This document shows positions 8,771-16,718 of a DNA stretch of 47,603 bases, one piece after another. Source of the DNA: an uncultured Methanosarcinales archaeon (lineage in GTDB: Archaea; Nanobdellota; Nanobdellia; Woesearchaeales; CAZPJY01); contig CAZPJY010000011.1 of NCBI GenBank assembly GCA_964587045.1, forward strand, positions 1 to 47,603. Reading direction: 5' to 3'. The notes beneath the pieces were generated by a model. The model was not told where the DNA came from, searched no databases, and saw only the letters and a program-made list of their open reading frames with translations. Positions within the stretch are counted from its first letter, which is position 1. Each line of letters starts with the position of its first letter. The translations under genes were made by a program, and so were the position numbers.

Positions 8771-9571
8771 TTAAATGTTCTTTAGGAGCTTGCCGAATTC
8801 TTCGGTCGTGTCCTTGAGATACTCGACGCTTCGTTTGAGTACCTCTTGCAGGGGCAACTGCCCCCAAACCTCGACATCGAAAATGAAGTCGGTGTCGCTG
8901 TGAGTGATCTTGAAGTTCTCAGGGAACTTGTCAGCGCAATCATTGCAAAGGTCGCAATTGATCATGTTCTCCTTGTTGATGGACAGCTTCTTGTTCTTTA
9001 CGTCATATACTGCATGAGGACATGTCTTGGCTGCCGCTTCTGCATCTCCTTCGGCAACAGGCTTCTTAATCTCAACCTGCGGCTTGTACCTGTAGTAAGC
9101 GATGCCTGGAGACCATTTGGCATGCGTCTTGCCCAGGCCTAGGGTAGCCGTCGCGAGCAGCTCCAGCTCCTGGCCTTCAATCAGCTTGACAATCTGAGTC
9201 TTGGGATAAACCGGCTTGACTTTTGGGTCTGTGCTTTTGATGTCGGATGCGTACACAATCCCCGGTCCCTTGGCTTTCAGCTTTAGCTTGAGCTGGCACT
9301 GCGCACAGCCCGCACCCTTGCACTTGCAGTTCTCAGGCAGGTTGTAGGATTTGAGGTCAGTCTTGAGAACGACCAGGCCGAGGCGGTGCGCAATTATCTC
9401 ATCGTAAAGGATGGAATTGTTCTTGACGAACTCAACTTCCTTGATCGCCATGGTCGGAACGTGGTCGATTATCGCGCGCCGCAGGGCGTTGATATGTGCT
9501 GGGGAAGTGTTCTTCACAAGAAGCTTGGCAGTCCCCTTCTTGTCGTCTTTCTCAAGCAGCATGACATCCAT
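8771..9571 (-). CDS. rpoD: DNA-directed RNA polymerase subunit D (Rpo3) with ferredoxin-like Cys domain
   Basis: INALRR...VPTMAI, NNSILYDEIIAHRLGL, CxCxxxGCxxC, G.GK.HAKWSP, CP...CDLCNDC; start at ATG 9571. Confidence 0.95.
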   Translation of the reverse strand: MDVMLLEKDDKKGTAKLLVKNTSPAHINALRRAIIDHVPTMAIKEVEFVKNNSILYDEIIAHRLGLVVLKTDLKSYNLPENCKCKGAGCAQCQLKLKLKAKGPGIVYASDIKSTDPKVKPVYPKTQIVKLIEGQELELLATATLGLGKTHAKWSPGIAYYRYKPQVEIKKPVAEGDAEAAAKTCPHAVYDVKNKKLSINKENMINCDLCNDCADKFPENFKITHSDTDFIFDVEVWGQLPLQEVLKRSVEYLKDTTEEFGKLLKNI

Positions 9572-9572
9572 T

Positions 9573-10206
9573 TTACACCCTCCTACCCCTTCGGCCACCC
9601 TTCTTCCGGCACCCATCGTGCGGCATTGGGGTGACCTCTTCTATAATACCTATCCGCAGTCCCATCCTTGAGAGGGCGCGTATGGCAGCCTGGGCTCCTG
9701 GTCCTGGGTTGTTGGGGCCGTTGTGCCCTCCAGGCGCCTTGATCTTCACATGGATTCCTGTCACACCCCTCTCCCTCGCGAGTTCGGCAGCGCGTTTTGC
9801 GGCGAGCATCGCCGCTGTCGGCGAGCTTTCCATCCTGTCGGACTTCACCACCTGCCCGCCGGATGATCTCGCCAAGGTCTCTGTTCCTGTTATGTCTGTG
9901 ATATGGATTATCGTGTTGTTGTAGGAAGAGTATATGTAGGCCACGCCCCATCTGATAGGCCTCCTTTCCCTCCTGACAGGTTGCGCCTCTTCTGCCTTCT
10001 NNNNNNNNNNNNNNNNNNNNNNNNNNNNNNNNNNNNNNNNNNNNNNNNNNNNNNNNNNNNNNNNNNNNNNNNNNNNNNNNNNNNNNNNNNNNNNNNNNNN
10101 TGGGAGCCTCTTTTGGAGCTTCCTTCTTGGGAGCCTCTTTTGGAGCTTCCTTCTTGGGAGCCTCTTTTGGAGCTTCCTTCTTTGTGGTCTTAGCTTCCTT
10201 TGGCAT
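9573..10206 (-). CDS. rpsK: 30S ribosomal protein uS11 with a long Lys/Glu/Ala/Pro repeat N-terminal extension (spans the N gap)
   Basis: After the gap: ...[23 protein letters not shown]...[13 protein letters not shown]...[19 protein letters not shown]. Before the gap: MPKEAKTT(KKEAPKEAP)n. The frame offset is explained by the arbitrary 100-N gap length. Confidence 0.92.
10001..10100. other. Assembly gap (100 N)
   Basis: Run of N next to a tandem repeat. Confidence 1.
10101..10181. repeat. 27-bp perfect tandem repeat x3 (tgggagcctcttttggagcttccttct) encoding KKEAPKEAP
   Basis: Seen directly; runs into the gap. Confidence 0.95.
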
Positions 10207-10750
10207 TCTTCTCTACCTCTGCCTTAGCAGATTTGTTCTCAGTGGCTCTCTCCGGATGGTCCGGATTTGCCAGGGATGAGGAAGGGGCAAAAGATATAGT
10301 GTCCTCCTCCTTGACCTTAACCATGTAGGACGGGCTGTTGACCATGTGGCCCCCGACCATAATATGCTTGTGGACGATCAGTTGACGCGCCTGCTGGGTG
10401 CTCCTTGCAAGACCTTTCCTGAAGACCAGGGTGCAGAGCCTCCTCTCAGCAAGGTCCTTTATGGACAGACTGAGGATGTCATCGGGCTGCGCATTCTCTT
10501 TCACGAGACCGAGATCAATGAGCTTGAGGAAAAGCGCCGCCTTCTCCTTCTCTGCCTGATCGCCAGTCGATGCGATTAGCTTCTTGAGCTGGCCCTTGAA
10601 ACCCGTAAGCTTGCTGCTGACCTTCCATACATCCTTCTTGTTGGAGAAGGCGTACTCCTTGGAGAGGAGCTTCTCTTCGTCTATCCTCTCCTTCTCCCAG
10701 GGATGCCTGGGTGTCGAGTATTTCTTCTTAGGTTTCTTTGGATCTCCCAT
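10190..10750 (-). CDS. rpsD: 30S ribosomal protein uS4
   Basis: MGDPKKPKKKYSTPRHPWE.ERI, ERRL.TLVFRKGLA....QARQLIVH.HI, NSPSY.V. Confidence 0.96.
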   Translation of the reverse strand: MGDPKKPKKKYSTPRHPWEKERIDEEKLLSKEYAFSNKKDVWKVSSKLTGFKGQLKKLIASTGDQAEKEKAALFLKLIDLGLVKENAQPDDILSLSIKDLAERRLCTLVFRKGLARSTQQARQLIVHKHIMVGGHMVNSPSYMVKVKEEDTISFAPSSSLANPDHPERATENKSAKAEVEKNAKGS

Positions 10751-11220
10751 TATTTACTCCCTACCTTTTTCCTCTTCACGCCGAGGGATCCCTTGCCCTT
10801 GTTCCGCCTGAAGTTCGCCTTGGTGCGCTGCCCCCTGACAGTGAGGCCGGACTGGTGCCTCATGCCCTTGTAGGACTTGGTCTTCTTCATTATCTTCAGG
10901 TCGTTGTCAAGCGTGAATCTTACATCAGTGCCCACCAGATGGCCGCTTTCGCCTGTCTCGGGATCCTTCCGCCGGTTGAGCATCCAGACAGGGGCCCCAA
11001 GCTTTTTTGGGGTCGTTATCGCGTCATTTAGGACTTTAAGCTCAGCATCCGTCAGGTTGCCCGCCCTCTTGATCTTGTCTATGCCAGCTATGTTGAGCAC
11101 CATGAGCGAGAACATGAAGCTGACCCCTTTAATCTTCCTGAGAGCTATGAAAATGGGTTTGGAGCCGTCCAAATCGGTATTGGCGACCCTTATGATGTGT
11201 CTGAATTCCTTTTCTGCCAT
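10750..11220 (-). CDS. rpsM: 30S ribosomal protein uS13
   Basis: FRHIIRVANTDLDG, IKGV, P.WMLNRRKD.ETG, SYKGMRH..GL.VRGQRTK. Confidence 0.96.
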   Translation of the reverse strand: MAEKEFRHIIRVANTDLDGSKPIFIALRKIKGVSFMFSLMVLNIAGIDKIKRAGNLTDAELKVLNDAITTPKKLGAPVWMLNRRKDPETGESGHLVGTDVRFTLDNDLKIMKKTKSYKGMRHQSGLTVRGQRTKANFRRNKGKGSLGVKRKKVGSK

Positions 11221-11228
11221 TTTGGTTT

Positions 11229-11276
11229 TACCCGAGAAAGAGCTATAGCAACCCTATATGCGCGTTAACTCGGGTA
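11229..11276 (-). promoter_or_regulatory. Stem-loop in the 5' leader of the uS13 operon
   Basis: TACCCGAG(11229-36)/CTCGGGTA(11269-76) perfect inverted repeat with inner TATAG/CTATA; TTTTTAAA TATA-like box on the - strand near 11300-11307. Confidence 0.55.
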
Positions 11277-11300
11277 TGAGGAGGGGGAAACCGAAGTAGT

Positions 11301-12077
11301 TTAAAAAGCTTTCCCCTCGCCTAGGACATCGAAAGCCACACGGAAAATCTGCTCAAGACCGTTTCTCGTCAGATCGTGGTGGAACTCTGGCCTCCATTCC
11401 ATATCTGCCAAAGAATCACTTATGGCGAACAAAGTCCCGATCTCCACGTTATGGTATTTTGCAGCAGCGAAAAGGGCCGATGCCTCCATCTCTACAGTGA
11501 GTACCCCTTCATTTTGGTAGTGCTTGACCTCGTCTTCGGTCTCGCGAAAGACTGCATCGATGGTCCATGATGTCCCCTTTGTGTAATCAAGTTTGTTCTT
11601 TTTCAATGCACTTTCCAGCAAGTCCACCATGAGCTCAGAGCTTTGGGCATATTTCGAGGGAGGCATGTAATGATAAGATGTGCCTTCATCGCGTATCGCG
11701 CGATCGCAGAGCACCAGGCTTCCAATGTCTAGGTCACTCTGGAGTGCACCGGCGGTCCCTATTGACAAGAACCTTTCAGCTCCCCATGCAATCATCGTCT
11801 CGAGTATGTTGACAGCTGCAGGCGCACCAATTCCAAACCGTCCGATGATTCCGAAAGGTTGGCCTTCGAAGATATAGGTCTCTCCCGCAAAACCCGTGAC
11901 CTCTTTAACGGGGTGCTTTGTGATTATGTGATCGAGGAACTGCCTTGAATAGCTGAGGATCATGGACTTCGGGGCGAAGAAATCAGTGATCTTTTGTATC
12001 CTCCTTGCATAAGATATGAAGTCATCACCGGTGAAGATGGACTTCTTGTCATACTTTTCCTGATAGTTGGGGATCAT
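11301..12077 (-). CDS. Nucleoside phosphorylase (PNP/UDP family)
   Basis: GIGAP, IGTAGAL, AIRDEGTS.HY, WTIDA.FRET, VEMEASALFA; start at ATG 12077. Confidence 0.92.
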   Translation of the reverse strand: MIPNYQEKYDKKSIFTGDDFISYARRIQKITDFFAPKSMILSYSRQFLDHIITKHPVKEVTGFAGETYIFEGQPFGIIGRFGIGAPAAVNILETMIAWGAERFLSIGTAGALQSDLDIGSLVLCDRAIRDEGTSYHYMPPSKYAQSSELMVDLLESALKKNKLDYTKGTSWTIDAVFRETEDEVKHYQNEGVLTVEMEASALFAAAKYHNVEIGTLFAISDSLADMEWRPEFHHDLTRNGLEQIFRVAFDVLGEGKAF

Positions 12078-12151
12078 CCCTCGCTGGAATTTTTCTTTAA
12101 ATATAAAGCTTGACACAAGTTTTAAATATTGAGCTGAGATTTCCCAAGACT

Positions 12152-12352
12152 ATGGCACTAAAAGACTGCGGTTTTTGCTCAAACAAGGTTCCGGAAGGCG
12201 GACAGTGCAATGAGTGCGGATTTGTAGACGGCCTCAACCGGCAGCCCTCAGACCAGGAGTACCGGATAGCACGTGCAATAAACGACGAGCATGGGTATCC
12301 CCACTTCCAGAACCTGGACATGATGCTCTTGTATATGGACGAGGAGGAGTGA
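12152..12352 (+). CDS. Small zinc-ribbon protein (CxxC-x9-CxxC)
   Basis: MALKDCGFCSNKVPEGGQCNECGF; TTTAAATA about 25 nt upstream. Confidence 0.7.
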   Translation: MALKDCGFCSNKVPEGGQCNECGFVDGLNRQPSDQEYRIARAINDEHGYPHFQNLDMMLLYMDEEE

Positions 12353-15097
12353 TTATTCCCTCATTGATCTAATCATGTATTTCTCCTTCTCCTTCAATTC
12401 CATATTGATCACCACTTTTTGGACCTCGACGAAGAAGAGTACGGAGCTTGCCATGATGAGGATGGCAACCCACTCGACCATGTGCAAGGGAACAGTATGG
12501 AATATCTCCTGGCCGGCAGGCAGGTAAATCGCCATGAGCGTCAGCACTATCGATCCGAGAATTCCGATATTGACATACCTGTTGGAGAACGGGCCTATGT
12601 CAAAGATGGATTTATCCCCGCTTCGCGCATTGAATATGTGGAACAGCTCGAAGAATATCAACGTTGCAAAAGCCATGGTTCTGGCCTTGTCCAGGGTCCC
12701 GCTCTTGACGATGATCTCCCACAGGAACAAAGAGATGGTCCCGAGGGTGATGAGGGGGATGAACTCAGCCACACGGAGCATCATGAACTCGTTGATAATT
12801 CCTTCCTTCACCGGCCTCGGTTTCTGCTTCATTATGTGCTCCCTAGGTCTCTCGAGCGACAGCCCCATTGCAGGGAGGTCGCCGGTCACCAAATTCACGA
12901 ACAGGATCATGAGCGCTGTCAGGGGCAATGCGACTCCCATCATGACCGAGATGAATATTATGATGACTTCCGCGATGCTCCCGGTAAGCATATAGTAGAT
13001 GAACTTGACTATGTTTGAGTAGATGGTCCTCCCTTCTTCAATTGCCTTCACGATGGTGGTGAAATCATCATCGGACAGGACCATCTCGGCAGCCTCGCGT
13101 GCGACATCGGTCCCGGACTTGCCCATGGCTACACCTATATCTGCTTTCTTCAGCGCCGGAGAATCGTTGACCCCATCGCCAGTCATCGCCACGATGTGGC
13201 CGTGCTTTTGGAGCGCAGAGACAATCCTGAGCTTGTGATGGGGAGTCACCCGCGCGTAGACCGTGGTCTTCTCGACGTAGTGCAGGAACTGCTCCTCATC
13301 CAGCTCATCCAGCTCTGTGCCCGTGAGTACCGAATCGCCTTCGGCGAATATCCCCAAATCCTGGGCGACGGTCTTGGCAGTCACCTTGTGGTCACCTGTT
13401 ATCATGATGACCTTTATCCCTGCCTCATGGCATTTCTTGATTGAAACCTGGACCCCGGGTCTCGGAGGGTCCTTCATGCCGACGATGCCGACGAAGACAA
13501 GGTTCCTTTCGACATCGCCCCTCAAGTGGGAGCGGGGGATGTTGCGGTAGGCCAGAGCAAGCGTCCTGAGCCCCTGGGACGCGTACATGGTCGTAATGTC
13601 AAGCAGCTCCTGTCTCCCTTTGGCATCCATTGCGTGGATTCTGTTGTTACGGAGGATGTGCGTGCATTTGTGCAGGATGACATCAGGGGCTCCTTTTGTG
13701 TAGACCACACACCTCTTGCTTGTCATGTTCACGCTTGTCATGTATTTTCGGCTCGTGTCGAACGGTATCTCCCTGAGGCGCGGGGATTTCGCCTTGACCG
13801 ATTCGGTGGTTATCTTGGCCTTCTCACTGAGCACCAGCAATGAGCCCTCGGTGGGCATGCCAAACAGCCTCCATTCCCCGTCGACAAGGCTCAGCGTTGA
13901 ATTGTTGCACAGGATACCGATCTCGAGCATCTTGGATAGGTCCGGATCCTTGAGCGGATTGACCTTGACATCGCCTGAGATGAAGCTGCCGAATGGGTTG
14001 TACCCTTCACCTGTCACCTCAATGTGACGTCCGCCGACGAAGATGCGTTCGACCGTCATCTTGTTCTGCGTGAGCGTTCCAGTCTTGTCTGAGCATATGA
14101 CCGTAGCGGCCCCCAGCGTCTCGACCGCCGGCATCTTCTTTATGATGGCGTTCTTCTTGGCCATGGATTTCACTCCATGCGCCAGGATAACAGTCACGAC
14201 AGCCGGCAGGCTCTCCGGGATACCGGACACAGAGACTGCGGCTACGATAAGCAGCATTGACAGGAGCGGCGTGCCCTTGAACACACCTAACATGAACATG
14301 AAGGCGCATAGGAGTATGACCGCTACGGCAATCCTCTTGCTCATCTGGTCCAGTTTCCTCTGGATGGGGGTGGGCTCATCCCTGATGCCTGAGATCAGCT
14401 GGGCTACCTTCCCTATCTCGGTCTCCTCGCCGGTCTTGACCACCAACGCCACCGCCCTGCCCGTGACCACGTAGCTTCCAGTGAATATCATGTTGAACCT
14501 CTCTGCAAGCGGGGTCCCATCAGGCAGGGTCGAAACCTCCTTGGAAACAGGGCTCGACTCGCCAGTCAAGGCTGATTCATCAACCCTGAACTCGGTCACT
14601 TCAAGCACTCTGCCGTCGGTTGGCACATGGTCGCCGACCTTAAGAAGCATTACGTCCCCGGGCACGAGATCGCGGGCGTCGATAATCTTTGACGTGTTGT
14701 TCCTCCTGACTGTGGCCTGCTTGGTTGTCATATTCTTAAGGGCTTCCATAGAGCGTTCCGCCCGGAAGTCTTGAATGAAACCTATCGCAGCAGTGAAGGC
14801 AATGATGGAGAGAACAACCCAGAAATCGATCACTTCGCCGACGAAAAATGAGATAACCGCCACGCCCAGGAGTATGTATATGAAGATGTTCTTGAACTGC
14901 CGCATAAGTATGTCCCAAAAGCTCGCGCTTCTCCGGTCCTTGATTTCATTGGACCCATACTTCTCGAGTCTTGATTTGGCTTCAATCTCAGCAAGACCCT
15001 TGTGGGAGGTTCTCAACTCGGAAAGGAGCTCCTTTTCGCTGATGCTGTGCCATATTGGCTCCGTAGAATCGGGGGAGGACTGCTGAACCATCTTCAC
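12353..15097 (-). CDS. Cation-translocating P-type ATPase (P2A, Ca2+-type)
   Basis: LTGES, PESL, CSDKTGTLT, KGAP, DPPR, MITGD, TGDGVND, about 10 TM helices. Confidence 0.95.
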   Translation of the reverse strand: MKMVQQSSPDSTEPIWHSISEKELLSELRTSHKGLAEIEAKSRLEKYGSNEIKDRRSASFWDILMRQFKNIFIYILLGVAVISFFVGEVIDFWVVLSIIAFTAAIGFIQDFRAERSMEALKNMTTKQATVRRNNTSKIIDARDLVPGDVMLLKVGDHVPTDGRVLEVTEFRVDESALTGESSPVSKEVSTLPDGTPLAERFNMIFTGSYVVTGRAVALVVKTGEETEIGKVAQLISGIRDEPTPIQRKLDQMSKRIAVAVILLCAFMFMLGVFKGTPLLSMLLIVAAVSVSGIPESLPAVVTVILAHGVKSMAKKNAIIKKMPAVETLGAATVICSDKTGTLTQNKMTVERIFVGGRHIEVTGEGYNPFGSFISGDVKVNPLKDPDLSKMLEIGILCNNSTLSLVDGEWRLFGMPTEGSLLVLSEKAKITTESVKAKSPRLREIPFDTSRKYMTSVNMTSKRCVVYTKGAPDVILHKCTHILRNNRIHAMDAKGRQELLDITTMYASQGLRTLALAYRNIPRSHLRGDVERNLVFVGIVGMKDPPRPGVQVSIKKCHEAGIKVIMITGDHKVTAKTVAQDLGIFAEGDSVLTGTELDELDEEQFLHYVEKTTVYARVTPHHKLRIVSALQKHGHIVAMTGDGVNDSPALKKADIGVAMGKSGTDVAREAAEMVLSDDDFTTIVKAIEEGRTIYSNIVKFIYYMLTGSIAEVIIIFISVMMGVALPLTALMILFVNLVTGDLPAMGLSLERPREHIMKQKPRPVKEGIINEFMMLRVAEFIPLITLGTISLFLWEIIVKSGTLDKARTMAFATLIFFELFHIFNARSGDKSIFDIGPFSNRYVNIGILGSIVLTLMAIYLPAGQEIFHTVPLHMVEWVAILIMASSVLFFVEVQKVVINMELKEKEKYMIRSMRE

Positions 15098-15150
15098 CCG
15101 TCAATAGTCCATTTTAGACTATAAATAGTTATGCAACCACTTCGGCATAC

Positions 15151-15405
15151 TCACTCATTGACGAGGAAAACCTTGTCGTGCTCCCTCACGTGGTCGGAAA
15201 CTTTCATTCCGATACTCTGCCCAGCCTCAGCCTCTTCGACACTGGCGTGATCCACTTCCATTGAATCGACTTTTTGGGTCAGGTCAGTTGTGGCCCCCTT
15301 GATTTGAATGGTATCCCCGACCTTAAGGCTGCCATTTGTCACCTCGATGACAGCAACAGATATCTTACTAAAATAATGCGTTATCCTGCCTACTTCCTCA
15401 GCCAT
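15151..15405 (-). CDS. Small translation-elongation-factor-domain-II-like beta-barrel protein
   Basis: MAEEVGRITHYFSKISVAVIE...LKVGDTI.IKG.TTD..Q.V.SMEVDH..VEEA..GQ.IG; start at ATG 15405. Confidence 0.85.
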   Translation of the reverse strand: MAEEVGRITHYFSKISVAVIEVTNGSLKVGDTIQIKGATTDLTQKVDSMEVDHASVEEAEAGQSIGMKVSDHVREHDKVFLVNE

Positions 15406-15451
15406 GCAGCTCACCCCGACAAGAATTTCTATTCTATCTATAAAAAACTTT

Positions 15452-16006
15452 CTAGAAGTCCCTTCTGCGACGGAGAAATTGGACAAATCCCTCAGGTAAA
15501 ACCGGTTTTCCACGTTCCGCAACGTAGCGGTACGGCAGCTCCACAGCTTCGTCTTCCCTCAACTCAATCTCGGGTCTGTCCACATACTCAGGCTGCCTGC
15601 CTTCGAGGAGCATCGATGCGGCCAAAACAGCTGTGTCGGTCGACATCTGCATAGGTCCCAAGTTTCGGGTAGGGCAGTCCATATTCCTGGTGAGAGCCTC
15701 CCCAGTGCGCCCCCTCGGAGGGTGATCCCCCAAGACGCCCCCAAAAATCAGGAACTTGAAGGCTTTGCCCTTCGGACCCAGCGTCTTTTCTGCCTTGGGG
15801 TCCAGTATGCAAGCACCACTCAGACCCATCCCGACCACGCTCTCCTTTGCCACCGCCCCCAACCTGGAGAGCTTCTCATGGGCTTTCTTCCCCTTGACAT
15901 TTGTGAAAATGAGATTCTGCTTGCCCACAATCCGGGAGATGTGTGTGTACTCCATCAGGCTCCAGGCATATAATCTGCTGTCGAGATGCTCGATGACATA
16001 TTTCAT
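15452..16006 (-). CDS. Sfm1-like SPOUT SAM-dependent methyltransferase (COG2428)
   Basis: YVIEHL...WS..EY, ILDP.A, FGGVLGDHPPRGRT, RNLGP.QMSTD.A, E.VELPYRY; start at 16006 or 16030. Confidence 0.88.
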   Translation of the reverse strand: MKYVIEHLDSRLYAWSLMEYTHISRIVGKQNLIFTNVKGKKAHEKLSRLGAVAKESVVGMGLSGACILDPKAEKTLGPKGKAFKFLIFGGVLGDHPPRGRTGEALTRNMDCPTRNLGPMQMSTDTAVLAASMLLEGRQPEYVDRPEIELREDEAVELPYRYVAERGKPVLPEGFVQFLRRRRDF

Positions 16007-16030
16007 TCTGTTGGGGATTGTCGTTTTCAT

Positions 16031-16215
16031 ATTTTATAATGACTGTTATTATGTATATACAAAACGTTTTATTATTCAAGTAACCTGATTAAATATATAT
16101 TTTTAATTGATTCTTCTATCAAATAGAGGAAGAAGAGAGCACATCCAGGGATGACAAAGATCCGAGATAGTGACAACTCTAGAGCCGACGGGCTTAAAAC
16201 GTGGAGGTAAAGAAA
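16031..16215. promoter_or_regulatory. AT-rich divergent promoter region and long leader of the Ub-like operon
   Basis: Very AT-rich 16031-16110 with palindromes TGTATATACA and AAAACGTTTT; hairpin TTCTTCTAT-CAA-ATAGAGGAA at 16111-16131; SD GGAGGT at 16203-16208. Confidence 0.6.
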
Positions 16216-16707
16216 ATGGGAAGTTACGATACGGGTGATTACAGCCCGAGCAGCTACACTCCCCCAAGAAGGGAGACGCCTCGGAGGGAAGAGGAACCTC
16301 CCGAGACCAGCAACTACGACGCATCATTGCCTATCCTAATCGCTTTGGGCGGAGGACTCACGCCCCGCAGGATAGTCAAGAAGCTGGTCCCACCCGAGGA
16401 GTACCAGGGCAAGCATCTCATTGAGATAATCAAGTACATCATAAGCCCCGAGGTCTCCGCGACAGAGGACGAGATCAGCATCGCAGAGATGGTGCGCGTG
16501 AGGATGGAGAAGCCAGACTACAGGGCGATAATCAACGACTTGTACAACGTGCCCAACGAACGCCTCAGGGAGGACACCATGAACCAGTACCTCATCAGCA
16601 AGGAGCGCGAAACAGAGAGCGGCCCGATTCCGTTCAACTACCTGGACCTCGCAATAGTGAGCCACGATGAGGGCGGGAGGCGGAAATCATTGGAGGAAAA
16701 GCTTTAA
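16216..16707 (+). CDS. Candidate ubiquitin-like protein with GG motif and cleavable C-terminal tail
   Basis: SD-preceded ATG; low-complexity N-terminus; ends ...YLDLAIVSHDEGG-RRKSLEEKL; first gene of an E2/JAB/E1 operon. The Ubl fold is inferred. Confidence 0.6.
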   Translation: MGSYDTGDYSPSSYTPPRRETPRREEEPPETSNYDASLPILIALGGGLTPRRIVKKLVPPEEYQGKHLIEIIKYIISPEVSATEDEISIAEMVRVRMEKPDYRAIINDLYNVPNERLREDTMNQYLISKERETESGPIPFNYLDLAIVSHDEGGRRKSLEEKL

Positions 16708-16718
16708 AGTGATAGAAG

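Noticed and set aside
10101..10181. 27-bp repeats as a CRISPR array
   Set aside because: Head-to-tail with no spacers and in frame in a coding region; no cas genes in the window.
9583..10206. 207-aa ORF-track translation across the gap
   Set aside because: The frame after the gap is an artefact of the 100-N placeholder; the real continuation is uS11.
16031..16110. Replication origin at the AT-rich strand-switch point
   Set aside because: No orc1/cdc6 gene or ORB-like repeats seen; a divergent promoter explains it.
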